NCBI GenBank assembly: GCA_965242925.1
Contig: CBDEUM010000014.1
Location: 288,001 to 352,000, forward strand
Length of the DNA stretch: 64,000 bases
Direction: 5' to 3'
From: Roseibacillus sp.
GTDB lineage: Bacteria; Verrucomicrobiota; Verrucomicrobiia; Verrucomicrobiales; Akkermansiaceae
Positions 10,061 through 19,565 of the stretch are shown piece after piece; positions within the stretch are counted from its first letter, which is position 1, and each line of letters opens with the position of its first letter. A program made the translations under genes and the position numbers. Under the pieces are notes generated by a model. That model made no database searches and had not been told where the DNA came from. It saw nothing but the letters and a program-made list of their open reading frames with translations.

Positions 10061-10797
10061 GCCCCGGCGGGGTTCATCCCTTTCCTCGCCCTACTCCTCC
10101 TCAGAAACGTCAGGTTCAGCCTCAGGTTCAGCCTCAGGTGCCTCAGGTTCAGCCTCAGGTTCAGCCTCAGGTTCAGCCTCAGGTTCAGCCTCAGGTTCAG
10201 CCTCAGGTGCCTCAGGTTCAGCCTCAGGTGCCGCCTCGCCTCAGGTGCCGCCTCTCCTGCGGAAGCCCCTTCCGGCTCCAGCCGGGGCTCCGGATCAATT
10301 CCGAGCACGATGCGCCCGTCGTTGGCCAACATGTCGGTCAGGGCATCCCATCCGCCGGGCCGCTGGAGGTTGAAGAGATACAAATAGAGGGAAACAACCT
10401 TGGGATTGAAGTCGGCATAGAGCCCGTCAACCGTCTCCTTGAGCTTGGTGGCATCCATCTCGGCCGGGAGTTCGCCCTCCACCGAACCCTCTCCATTGTG
10501 ATTGATCCCCATTCCATCGCAGAACCCGATGAGAAGGGGTTGCTGGAACTTCATGAACCAGACCTGCAGGAGATGCTCCCCGATCGTGTCGCTACCACGC
10601 AGCTTCAGCGTCTTGTGCATCCAGGCGATCTGCTCCACCACCGGCTTTTTCTGGATGAAGACCGGCCGCAACTTGCGCGACTGGGCCAAGCTGGCCAAGG
10701 CGCTCTTGTAGACCTCGCGTTCCTCTTCGCGGAAGGTGGTGAAGAGTTCCGCCACGATGGCGGGTGCGACTTGTTTGAAGAGCTCGTGCGGTTTCAC
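10027..10797 (-). CDS. conserved hypothetical protein; C-terminal repeat tail apparently frameshifted (native stop probably TAG at 10091-10093)
   Basis: Globular N-terminal ~200 aa (GTG start 10797); tail discussed under findings. Confidence 0.7.
   Translation of the reverse strand: MKPHELFKQVAPAIVAELFTTFREEEREVYKSALASLAQSRKLRPVFIQKKPVVEQIAWMHKTLKLRGSDTIGEHLLQVWFMKFQQPLLIGFCDGMGINHNGEGSVEGELPAEMDATKLKETVDGLYADFNPKVVSLYLYLFNLQRPGGWDALTDMLANDGRIVLGIDPEPRLEPEGASAGEAAPEARRHLRLNLRHLRLNLRLNLRLNLRLNLRLNLRHLRLNLRLNLTFLRRSRARKGMNPAGAYGASLICSTG
10110..10254. repeat. coding tandem repeat: 8 x TCAGGTTCAGCC interleaved with TCAGGTGCC 9-mers, plus a 17-bp tandem duplication
   Basis: Read directly from the sequence; GCCTCAGGTGCCGCCTC at 10221-10237 and 10238-10254. 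Confidence 0.95.
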
Positions 10798-10912
10798 GTG
10801 ATTGGTGGGACGGTTATCCGCTCTCAACCGGCAAGGGTCAAGGCTCGGGGAAGGGCGACTGGCGCACCGACCCTGAGCCTCGGCCAGATCCCTCCCGGTA
10901 TTACGGTCATCA

Positions 10913-11722
10913 TCATGCTGGATCTCCCCGCCCAGTCCCCGAAGCAGTCAGCGCGAGATAGGACTGCACCTCCTCACCCGGAACGTTGGCCCGCATGAGA
11001 GCCTCGCCCACCAGAATGGCATTGGCGCCCGCATCGAGCACTCGCTGGGCATCGCCCACGCTCCTGATCCCGGACTCCGAAACGACGGTAACGTGGTCCG
11101 GGGCCTCCTCGATCAGCCGCTCGGTGACAACCAGGTCGGTCTGGAATGTCTTCAGGTTGCGGTTGTTGATCCCGATAAGGTCCGCTCCCAGATCGATGGC
11201 CCGTTCCATCTCGGGCAGATCGTGCACCTCCACCAGGACATCCAGCTGCAGGTCGCGGGCGGTGTGGTAGAACCTGTGCAAATCCTCGTCACAAAGACAG
11301 GCCACGATGAGCAGGATGGCGTCTGCTCCCGCGATGACCGCCTCGTAGATCTGCGCCTCGTGAACAGTGAAGTCCTTGCGCAGGAGCGGAACAGGGGACT
11401 CCTTCGAAATCTCGGTGAGATACGTGAGAGAGCCTTGGAAATACTTCTTATCGGTGAGGATCGACATGCAGGACGCTCCACCGTCGACATACATGCGCGC
11501 CTGCCGGAGAGGATCGAAGTTCGGGTCGATCACGCCGGCCGAAGGGGAGGCCTTCTTCACTTCGGCTATTACGCCGAGCTGATCGGATCCTCGATCCAAA
11601 GCGGTCCGGAATCCCCTGAACTCGTTCCGTTGCAACGCCTGTGCCTTCAGCTTGGCCGCGAGCGAAACGAGAGGCTCCACCTCGATACGTTTGTGGGCGG
11701 TGATTTCCTCAAGCTTGTTCAT
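10913..11722 (-). CDS. trpC: indole-3-glycerol phosphate synthase
   Basis: IAEVKKASPSAG, LLRKDF, LVEVH, GINNRNLKTF, VSESGI. Confidence 0.95.
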   Translation of the reverse strand: MNKLEEITAHKRIEVEPLVSLAAKLKAQALQRNEFRGFRTALDRGSDQLGVIAEVKKASPSAGVIDPNFDPLRQARMYVDGGASCMSILTDKKYFQGSLTYLTEISKESPVPLLRKDFTVHEAQIYEAVIAGADAILLIVACLCDEDLHRFYHTARDLQLDVLVEVHDLPEMERAIDLGADLIGINNRNLKTFQTDLVVTERLIEEAPDHVTVVSESGIRSVGDAQRVLDAGANAILVGEALMRANVPGEEVQSYLALTASGTGRGDPA

Positions 11723-11860
11723 GCCGCGGGAGGGGTTTAACCGGGAATCCCCCCCGAAGGATACGAGTTTTTTCCGTGTCGGAACCCCGCAAGCCCTTCT
11801 CCGGGAGCGAAAAAGGGCTTGCGGGCCGGACCCGGGGGTGTATCTAGGCGCCCCATGGAT

Positions 11861-11935
11861 GCGGGTGTAGCTCAGTGGTAGAGCGTCACCTTGCCAAGGT
11901 GAATGTCGACGGTTCGAATCCGTTCACCCGCTCCA
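11861..11935 (+). tRNA. tRNA-Gly(GCC)
   Basis: GCGGGTG acceptor stem pairing with CACCCGC, D arm AGCTCAGTGGTAGAGC, anticodon loop TTGCCAA, T loop GGTTCGAATCC, encoded CCA. Confidence 0.97.
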
Positions 11936-11941
11936 CCCAAC

Positions 11942-11981
11942 CAGCCGGGACAGGGAAACCTCTCCCGGTTGACTTGTTTTT
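11942..11981 (+). terminator. probable intrinsic terminator after tRNA-Gly
   Basis: CAGCCGGGACAGG-GAAA-CCTCTCCCGGTTG hairpin followed by ACTTGTTTTT. Confidence 0.65.
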
Positions 11982-12101
11982 GGGACCGGGCTGCGGAAGA
12001 ACCACAACCGAAAGGGCAGAAGCTCCAAGGCGGAGGAGGTTGTGAGCTTGCCTCAAGCCCCCCCGTCTCGCCATATTGCAAATCTTCAGCACCCAAACCC
12101 C

Positions 12102-15100
12102 ATGACTCGCTCCCTTCCTCTCCTGGGCACGCTTCTTTCTGGCGCGGCCCTCCTCTTCTCATCCCTTCCCTCGGATGGCGCTCTTCCACGGATCGAACTT
12201 TTCTCCGCTAACCAGCTCTCTGTCCCATCCGGCACCAGCGTGAGCCTGGAATGGATCGTGACTGACGCCGAATCCCTCAGTCTTGACGGAGTGGATGTCA
12301 CCGCCATCACCACCCTGGCCGTCAGCCCCCTCATCTCCACCACCTATACCCTGACCGCCACCAATGTGGAGGGATCGGTGGAGGCCGGACTGGAGGTAAA
12401 CGTTCTCAATGCGCCTCGCGTGATCGGGGCGGAAGCACGCTTCATCGAGGTGATAAAGAACGACCCGGACAATACCCGCCTGCATCTTTCGGAGATGGAG
12501 GTCTTCCGCATCGGGGTCTCGCCCGATGAAGCGGATGAGGACGGAACCAGCAGCAATAACCTGGTGCAGGACGGCACCCCTTCGGTTGTCCCCGCCCACA
12601 CCACCACCCTCCTCGATCACGGAGATCCCACCGGCGTCTTCGACGGAGATCTCGAGCGGAGCAATGCGGTCTGGTCCACCCGCCACGTAGCCGGAACGCT
12701 TGCCCGCTACATGCTCGACCTGGGCCGCACGGAGTCCATCGGCCTTGTCCGCCTGTTCGGACGGGAAGACGCGTGCTGTCTGGAGCGCCTGGAGGATGTC
12801 GCCGTCAATCTTTACTCTGACAATGAAGGGAGCCCGGGCGAAATCGTGAGTAGCGGGGCGTTCCCGGGAACCGCTCCGGCAGGTGAGGCCGGGCACATCG
12901 AACTGGATCTCTCCCTGCCCGATCCGGGCATCAGCGGCTTTACGGTCGACAGGAGTTTCATCCCTCCGGACGCACCAGTCACTCTCTCCTGGTCGGTCAA
13001 CTCCAGCATCACCACCGTGACCATCGATCAGGGCGTGGGCGACGTCACGGCCCGGACCGTGAACGGGGAAGGCAGCATCACCCTTGAGACAGGACCAGGA
13101 ACCACTACTGTTTACTCATTGAACGTCGAATGGCCCAACGGCACGAGCGAGGCCAGCCTGGCGGTAGAGGTTTCGACCCTTCCCCTCATCTACAACTTTA
13201 CCGCCGACCAGAGCCTGGTTGCACCGGGAACTTCCGTCTCCCTCAACTGGGATGTCGTCAATGCCACCACCCTCACCCTCGATGGCATCGACGTTACCGC
13301 AAGGCAGGGAGTGGATTTCTCCCCCGACGAAACCGCTACCTACACGCTGACCGCCAGCAACGCCCGTGGCAGCGAATCGCAGGACATCCGCATCGCCGTG
13401 GTTGCCCCCGGGGAACCGCTCATCACCGAGTTCATGGCCGACAACAAGAGTGTCCAGATCGATGAAGATAACGAACATTCCGACTGGATTGAAATCTGCA
13501 ACCCCACCGGGCAACCCTCCTCACTGGACGGCTACTACCTCACCGACGACCCGAACAACCTGACGATGTGGCGCTTCCCCGGCGTCACCCTCGCACCCGG
13601 CGGCTATCTCCTCGTCTTCGCCTCCGGAAACAATCGTGCGGTGGCGGGCAGTGAACTGCACACGAACTTCAATCTCGACCGCGATGGTGAATATCTCGCC
13701 CTCGTCAAGCCGGATGGCACCACCATCCTCAACGAGTTCGCTCCCTATCCGGTCCAACGCCCGGACGTCTCCTATGGATTCGACGCCGGGGCCCTGCGGG
13801 AGGGCTACTTTACCTCCACCAGCCCGGGCACAACCAACGAAGAGGGTTTTACCGGCTTCGTGGCGGACACTGCCTTCTCCATCGATCGCGGGTTCTTCGA
13901 CAATCCCATCGAAGTGGCGGTCACGAGTGCCACCGAGGGAGCCGTCATCCGTTACACCATCGATGGATCCAGGCCCTCCAGCCGCACCGGACTGGTCTAC
14001 ACCGGACCGGTCTCGATCGAAGCCACCACCGTCCTGCGCGCCGCCGCATTCAAACCGGGACTGGTTCCCACCAACGTGGATACTCAAACCTACATCTTCC
14101 CGGCCGACGTCGTGGCCCTGCGCAGTATGAATGCCAACATTACGGAGAACCCGGTCTATGGCCCCCAGATGCATGACGCCCTGAAGGCAGTGCCCTCCAT
14201 CTCGCTTGTCTTTCCCGGAGACGTGGATCGCACCGAGAAACAGGCTTCCGTGGAGTTCATCAACTTCGAAGCCGGCAGCACCCAGATGGACATCGGCATG
14301 AAGCGTTACGGCAACTATTATACCGATTTCACAAAGCGCAGCATCCGGCTGAATTTCCGCTCCCAGTATGGACCGGCCAAACTACGGTTCCCCGTCTTCG
14401 ATGGCCACGATTACCAGACGATACCCCCGGCCGACCAGTTCGACAGCATGGATCTGCGTTCCGGCAATCACGACATGCAGTCCCGGGGCGCCTACATGTC
14501 CAACCGATTCACCGACGACACCATGCTCGCCATGGGCAATATCGCTCCCCACGGGCGATTCGTACACGTCTACCTGAACGGACAGTACTGGGGTCAGTAT
14601 CACCTCCGGGAGCGCTGGAACGCGGCCATGTTTTCTGAGTACTTCGGTGGAGCCAGGGAAAATTACGAGGCCATCAATGCCAACAACACCGGTGGGGATT
14701 TCCTCCCCGGCATCGTCTATAACGGAACCGGCCGCTTCTGGAACCAGGCCCAGGCCCTCGTCAACCGGCCCACCACCTTCCACGCAACCCGCCGCTACAT
14801 CGACATCCCCAACATCATCGACTTCATGATCCTGTGGGCCAGCGGCAACAGCGAGTCCGAGTTTCGTGCCGCCGGAGCGGTGCAGTTGGCGGTCCCTTTC
14901 AAGTTCTTCCTCAAGGACGCGGACGGCTGGTTGCGGGGGGCCTCCAACTCCATCCACCACCAGGGCCCCCTCAATCTCATGACCCGCCTCCGGCAGGAAG
15001 CCCACCCCGATTATGAGATGCTGCTGGCCGACCGCATCCACAAGCACTTCTTCAACGACGGAGCCCTCACCCCCGGGAACTGTATCAGTCGGCTGCAGGC

Positions 15101-16439
15101 CCGGGTTGACGAGATCGAAGTCAGCTTTCTGGCCGAGTCAGCCCGCTGGAACATGCAGACTCCCGCCTCCTGGAAAAGCTACCAGACCAACCTCATGCGG
15201 AGTAGCCTGCGCCGCCTTTCCCGCGATATGGTCGCGAGGTACAGAGCCGCAGGACTCTATCCCGACATCACCGCTCCCACATTCTCCCCATTTGGCGGAG
15301 ATCTCCCCGATCGCCAGATCCGCATCAGTGCACCATCCGGGGAAATATACTATACTGCCGACGGAACCGATCCGCGGGCTCCGGGGGGTGCAGTTTCAGA
15401 CACCGCTCAACTCTATGAGAGCACCATCACCCTCGATGAGATTGCCACTGTGCGCACCCGTGCCCTCGAGAACGGCGAATGGTCAGCCCTCAATGAGGCA
15501 CTTTTCGTCCCGGAACAGAATTACGGCAATCTCGTGGTGTCGGAACTGATGTACAATCCCGGACCGGCCTCCGCCGCGGAGATCTCGGCCGGCTTCGATG
15601 ACAGTGAGGACTTCGAGTTCCTCGAGATGTTCAATGCCGGAACAAGCACCGTCAATCTTGAGGGTCTTCGCTTCGTGGAGGGTATCGAATTCGATTTCAG
15701 TGCCGGCGACATCACCACTCTGGAGGCCGGGGAACGGCTTCTCCTCGTGGAAAACCGCGCCGCCTTTGAGTTCCGCTATGGCGCCGGTCGGCCCATCGCA
15801 GGACAGTACTCGGGTCAGCTGAAGGACGAAGGGGAAACCATGCAACTCGTCAATCCCATCGAAGAGCCCATCCTTCACTTCACCTACGATAACCAGCCCC
15901 CCTGGTCCACCCGGGCAGACGGCCGGGGACCCTCCCTCGTCCTGATTGATCCTCCCTCGCTCCCGGATCATGACCGGCCCACCAGCTGGCAGGCCGGAGC
16001 TCCGGGCGGCACCCCTGGAATGCAGAACGAGTACCCCCTCTCCTACCAGACCTGGGCTGCCCAACTGGGCATCACCGATCCCGATGGAGACCCCGACTCC
16101 GACGGCTTCAGCAGTCTGCTTGAGTTCAACCTTCTGGGGAATCCCTTCCAGCCTACCGCCATGGATCAGGCAATCCACGTGGAGGTGTCCACCCTGGATC
16201 TGGGCGCGGGACCACAGGACTATCTCACTCTCGCGGTCCGTCACCGCGTGACCAGCAACGAAATCTCCCTCATCCCCGAGCTTTCTGAAGACCTCGTCAA
16301 CTGGAATGACGGCCCGGGGGCGGTCCTGCATGCCCGGACCTTCCACGAGGACAACTCGGCCACCTCAATCTACCGCAGCCCCAATCCCCTCGCCGGCAAC
16401 ACAAAGGGCTACCTTCGAGTTCGCTTCCAGCTCCCGTAA
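12102..16439 (+). CDS. large secreted multidomain protein: Ig-like repeats, discoidin/F-type-lectin-like domain, lamin-tail domains, FN3-associated domains, CotH kinase-like domain
   Basis: Signal peptide; ITEFMADN...DWIEICN and VSELMYNP...EFLEMFN (lamin tail); IRYTIDGSRP and IYYTADGTDPR; FVHVYLNGQYWGQYHLRER (CotH-like). Confidence 0.85.
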   Translation: MTRSLPLLGTLLSGAALLFSSLPSDGALPRIELFSANQLSVPSGTSVSLEWIVTDAESLSLDGVDVTAITTLAVSPLISTTYTLTATNVEGSVEAGLEVNVLNAPRVIGAEARFIEVIKNDPDNTRLHLSEMEVFRIGVSPDEADEDGTSSNNLVQDGTPSVVPAHTTTLLDHGDPTGVFDGDLERSNAVWSTRHVAGTLARYMLDLGRTESIGLVRLFGREDACCLERLEDVAVNLYSDNEGSPGEIVSSGAFPGTAPAGEAGHIELDLSLPDPGISGFTVDRSFIPPDAPVTLSWSVNSSITTVTIDQGVGDVTARTVNGEGSITLETGPGTTTVYSLNVEWPNGTSEASLAVEVSTLPLIYNFTADQSLVAPGTSVSLNWDVVNATTLTLDGIDVTARQGVDFSPDETATYTLTASNARGSESQDIRIAVVAPGEPLITEFMADNKSVQIDEDNEHSDWIEICNPTGQPSSLDGYYLTDDPNNLTMWRFPGVTLAPGGYLLVFASGNNRAVAGSELHTNFNLDRDGEYLALVKPDGTTILNEFAPYPVQRPDVSYGFDAGALREGYFTSTSPGTTNEEGFTGFVADTAFSIDRGFFDNPIEVAVTSATEGAVIRYTIDGSRPSSRTGLVYTGPVSIEATTVLRAAAFKPGLVPTNVDTQTYIFPADVVALRSMNANITENPVYGPQMHDALKAVPSISLVFPGDVDRTEKQASVEFINFEAGSTQMDIGMKRYGNYYTDFTKRSIRLNFRSQYGPAKLRFPVFDGHDYQTIPPADQFDSMDLRSGNHDMQSRGAYMSNRFTDDTMLAMGNIAPHGRFVHVYLNGQYWGQYHLRERWNAAMFSEYFGGARENYEAINANNTGGDFLPGIVYNGTGRFWNQAQALVNRPTTFHATRRYIDIPNIIDFMILWASGNSESEFRAAGAVQLAVPFKFFLKDADGWLRGASNSIHHQGPLNLMTRLRQEAHPDYEMLLADRIHKHFFNDGALTPGNCISRLQARVDEIEVSFLAESARWNMQTPASWKSYQTNLMRSSLRRLSRDMVARYRAAGLYPDITAPTFSPFGGDLPDRQIRISAPSGEIYYTADGTDPRAPGGAVSDTAQLYESTITLDEIATVRTRALENGEWSALNEALFVPEQNYGNLVVSELMYNPGPASAAEISAGFDDSEDFEFLEMFNAGTSTVNLEGLRFVEGIEFDFSAGDITTLEAGERLLLVENRAAFEFRYGAGRPIAGQYSGQLKDEGETMQLVNPIEEPILHFTYDNQPPWSTRADGRGPSLVLIDPPSLPDHDRPTSWQAGAPGGTPGMQNEYPLSYQTWAAQLGITDPDGDPDSDGFSSLLEFNLLGNPFQPTAMDQAIHVEVSTLDLGAGPQDYLTLAVRHRVTSNEISLIPELSEDLVNWNDGPGAVLHARTFHEDNSATSIYRSPNPLAGNTKGYLRVRFQLP

Positions 16440-16529
16440 GCAGACCTGCCCGTGCACATCGACCCGGAAGGGCCCTCTTTCCGGGACCCCGGTGCCTGAC
16501 AAGAACCAAGATGAGAGTTACCAGTGATC

Positions 16530-16647
16530 GGGTTATTGGTTATCATGGCAAAGCGCTTTCGCGTTGATTCGCGTTGATTCGCGTTGATTCGCGACAGATC
16601 ACGGCTTAGATCCCCTCTCCCTGTCGATGACAGATAACCAGTAATCC
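16530..16647. repeat. intergenic element: imperfect 15-bp inverted repeats around a 10-bp tandem repeat
   Basis: GGGTTATTGGTTATC (16530-44) vs GATAACCAGTAATCC (16633-47), 13/15 complementary; TTCGCGTTGA x3 plus a partial copy at 16558-16593. Confidence 0.7.
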
Positions 16648-16656
16648 CCCCCGAAG

Positions 16657-18051
16657 TTGCCCACCCAAGTCGGTCTTATCTCCCTTGGCTGCGCCAAGAA
16701 CCTGATCGATTCCGAAATCATGATCGGACACCTCCAGGAGGAGGGCATGATCATGACTCCGGAACCGGATCTTGCCGATGTCCTCATCGTGAACACCTGC
16801 TCCTTCATCGACGTGGCCAAGGAAGAGTCCGTGCAGACCATCATCAAGGCCGTCAACTCCCGGCAGCAGGATCCCGCCCGCGAAAAGCAGAAGATCATCG
16901 TGGCAGGATGCCTCTCGCAGCGCTTCAACGTCTCCCGGAACGAGGACGAACGCCTGCCAGGACTTCTTCCCGAAGTGGATGCCTTTATCGGGCTCGACCA
17001 GGTCACGCAGGTGGGGCCCATTGTGCGCAAGGTTCTCGACCGGTCGCTGGGCGACGAGGCGCTCGACGCTGTCACCACAAAACCCCGCTTCATTCCCGAC
17101 TACACCACCCCACGCTTCCGCCTCACCCCCGGCCACATGGCCTACGTCAAGATCGCGGAAGGCTGCAACCATACCTGTTCCTTCTGCATTATTCCCACCA
17201 TCCGCGGACAACATCGCTCCCGCACCCAGGAATCGGTGGTCCGCGAGGCGGAGAGCCTGGTGCAGGCGGGAGTGAAGGAACTCAACCTCATCTCCCAGGA
17301 CACCACCTACTTCGGAATGGACCGCTGGGAGGGCCCCGGCCGGCGGGCCAGGCCGACCTCGGGTGTTGATTCCTCCCGCGGGGAATCGCTTGCCTCCCTG
17401 CTGCGGGATCTCAACGGGATCGAAGGCGACTTCTGGGTGCGGCTCCTCTACACCCACCCCGCCCACTGGTCCGACGAGTTGATCGAAACCATCGCCACCT
17501 GTGAAAAGGTCGCCAACTACGTCGACATCCCGCTCCAGCATATCAGTGATCACATGCTGGACACCATGAACCGGAAGACCGATGGCCGCTACATCCGCGA
17601 CCTGCTGGGGAGAATGCGGCAGGGAATCCCGGATCTCGCCATCCGCACCACCTTTATCACCGGCTTCCCCGGCGAAACCAGGGAAGACCATGACGAGTTG
17701 CTTGAATTTATCCGCACCTTTCAGTTCGAGCGTTGTGGAATCTTCTCCTATTCACGCGAGGAAGGCACCCGGGCCCACGAGTTCGGCTCCCACCTCCACC
17801 ACATGACCATCAAGGCCCGCCACCGCGAACTCACCAGTGCGATCGACGAGGTTGCGGGGAGCGCAAACCGGAAACAGGTAGGATCGATCCGGAAGGTCCT
17901 GGTGGAGGAAGAGGGAATCGCCCGCTCGGAATGGGACGCTGCAGATATCGACGGCCGCGTCTTCGTCCCCACCGATCTGCCTGTCGGAGAATTCGCGGAG
18001 GTCAGGATTACGGACCATCGCGGTTACGATCTCATTGCCACCACGGCCTGA
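16657..18051 (+). CDS. rimO: ribosomal protein uS12 methylthiotransferase
   Basis: SLGCAKNLIDSE, VNTCSFI, AGCLSQR, radical SAM AEGCNHTCSFC, short TRAM domain. Confidence 0.95.
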   Translation: MPTQVGLISLGCAKNLIDSEIMIGHLQEEGMIMTPEPDLADVLIVNTCSFIDVAKEESVQTIIKAVNSRQQDPAREKQKIIVAGCLSQRFNVSRNEDERLPGLLPEVDAFIGLDQVTQVGPIVRKVLDRSLGDEALDAVTTKPRFIPDYTTPRFRLTPGHMAYVKIAEGCNHTCSFCIIPTIRGQHRSRTQESVVREAESLVQAGVKELNLISQDTTYFGMDRWEGPGRRARPTSGVDSSRGESLASLLRDLNGIEGDFWVRLLYTHPAHWSDELIETIATCEKVANYVDIPLQHISDHMLDTMNRKTDGRYIRDLLGRMRQGIPDLAIRTTFITGFPGETREDHDELLEFIRTFQFERCGIFSYSREEGTRAHEFGSHLHHMTIKARHRELTSAIDEVAGSANRKQVGSIRKVLVEEEGIARSEWDAADIDGRVFVPTDLPVGEFAEVRITDHRGYDLIATTA

Positions 18052-18528
18052 ATGAGCCCTCCCGTGATGTCCAAACCAGCGCTGATCCGCCAGATTCGTT
18101 CCCTGCTCGAGGAACAACTCTCCATCACGGTGGCGGCCGCTGAAGACGCCAAGGAAAATGCAACCGGCGACGAAACCAAGTCGGACGGAAAATACGACAC
18201 GCGAGCAATCGAAGCGGCCTATCTTGCCGGCGCTCAGGCCAAGCAGGCGGAGAAACTTGCCGAATCTGTCCGACTCCTGACCGTTTTTGACCCCGCGCCC
18301 TACGGCGAGAGTGATGGAATCGGAGTCGGGGCGCTCGTCGAAACTGAACACGAGGGCAACATCATCTTCTATTTCCTCGCCCCTGCAGGTGGCGGCCACA
18401 CCGTCGAATATAATGGCTTTTACTGTACCGTCCTGACTCCGGAGTCGCCGCTCTATCAGGATCTCCTGGGATCTCACGCAGGCGAACTGCTGGAGGATTC
18501 CTCGATTATGATCCTGGAAGTGAGCTGA
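18052..18528 (+). CDS. GreA/GreB-family elongation-factor-like protein
   Basis: Coiled-coil N-terminus with ETKSDGKYDTRAIEAAYLA; C-terminal GALV and LTPESPLYQDLLG. Confidence 0.75.
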   Translation: MSPPVMSKPALIRQIRSLLEEQLSITVAAAEDAKENATGDETKSDGKYDTRAIEAAYLAGAQAKQAEKLAESVRLLTVFDPAPYGESDGIGVGALVETEHEGNIIFYFLAPAGGGHTVEYNGFYCTVLTPESPLYQDLLGSHAGELLEDSSIMILEVS

Positions 18529-18683
18529 GGAATTGAACCCGGAAGCACCACTTTCCCGGCCGAATGGAGAATCACCAAAATCTCCTGCCAGTCAGCAGAA
18601 ACGGTCCCGGGCTTTCACATGCCTCTTATCCCAATCCTGAATTCCTCTTGCTTATATAGACCGGATCTCCCTTGGTTTCCCTC

Positions 18684-19565
18684 ATGCGCAGCCTCCTCAC
18701 CCTGCGAAGCGCCATCCTGGCGATGGCGCTCTCGCCATTCTCACTCGACGCACAGGACGGCAAGACGCTCTTCGCCCAGCACTGTGCGGCCTGCCACCTG
18801 CCCGACCGCCAGCTGGTGGGTCCCTCGCTGGTCGAAGTCTCCAAGCTCTACTCGGCCAAGATCGACGAGTTCCTCTCCTGGTGCAAAAAACCCGTCCAAA
18901 AGCGTAAGGCAGTGATCCAGATGCCGCCCATGGGACACGTGGGCGACGCAAACCTCAAGCTGATCCATGCACATATCGTTGAGGCCTCCAAGGGACTGAA
19001 GGAAGTCAGGGTAAAGGGTCTCGACCCCTTCTACGCCTCCCCGAGCATGCGTAAGCGTCCACAGGTGCAGCGCATCTTCATGCCGGAAGCCGGGCCCGCT
19101 GCGATCGCAGTCGCCGTCACCGATGACCTGCACTACTGCTGGGATGCGGGCGAGTGCCGCCTGCGCTACATCTGGCAGGGTGATTTCATCGATGGCTGGG
19201 CGGTCTGGCGCGGAAACGGAAACGGACTCTCCAAGATCCAGGGCGAGATCCTCCTCCGCGAGGAACAAAACCCTGTTCCCCTGCTGCCCGATCCAGGCAA
19301 CTCCGCCCCGTCCCCTCCCAAGTTCCTCGGATATTCGCTTGTGGACGGCCTGCCCACCTTCCGCTGGCGGGTGGGGGAAATGGAGGTGGCGGAGACTATC
19401 CGGCCAACGGCCGACGGAACGGCCCTTGCACGCAGCTTCGAGCTGAAGGGCAGGGTCCCGCCGGCCCTGAAGTTCAAGTCCTCCGACAAGATGTCGATCT
19501 CCACCGAATCCGCGGTCCTCGACGGGAACGGCCGCCTCACCATCACGCTGACCCCAAGACCCTGA
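18684..19565 (+). CDS. secreted c-type cytochrome (monoheme) fused to a beta-rich domain
   Basis: Signal peptide, CAACH heme motif, VGPSL, distal QMPPM; then YCWDAGECRLRYIWQGDF. Confidence 0.8.
   Translation: MRSLLTLRSAILAMALSPFSLDAQDGKTLFAQHCAACHLPDRQLVGPSLVEVSKLYSAKIDEFLSWCKKPVQKRKAVIQMPPMGHVGDANLKLIHAHIVEASKGLKEVRVKGLDPFYASPSMRKRPQVQRIFMPEAGPAAIAVAVTDDLHYCWDAGECRLRYIWQGDFIDGWAVWRGNGNGLSKIQGEILLREEQNPVPLLPDPGNSAPSPPKFLGYSLVDGLPTFRWRVGEMEVAETIRPTADGTALARSFELKGRVPPALKFKSSDKMSISTESAVLDGNGRLTITLTPRP

Noticed and set aside
9690..10998. Plus-strand ORFs encoding SASG or VQPQ repeats
   Set aside because: They are alternative-frame or antisense readings of the repeat and overlap better-supported genes
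11861..16560. Genomic island integrated at tRNA-Gly
   Set aside because: No integrase, and I found no repeat of the tRNA 3' end downstream; the next gene looks native in composition
16558..16593. CRISPR array (also considered for 10110-10254)
   Set aside because: Units are 9-12 bp and directly adjacent with no unique spacers; no cas genes in the window
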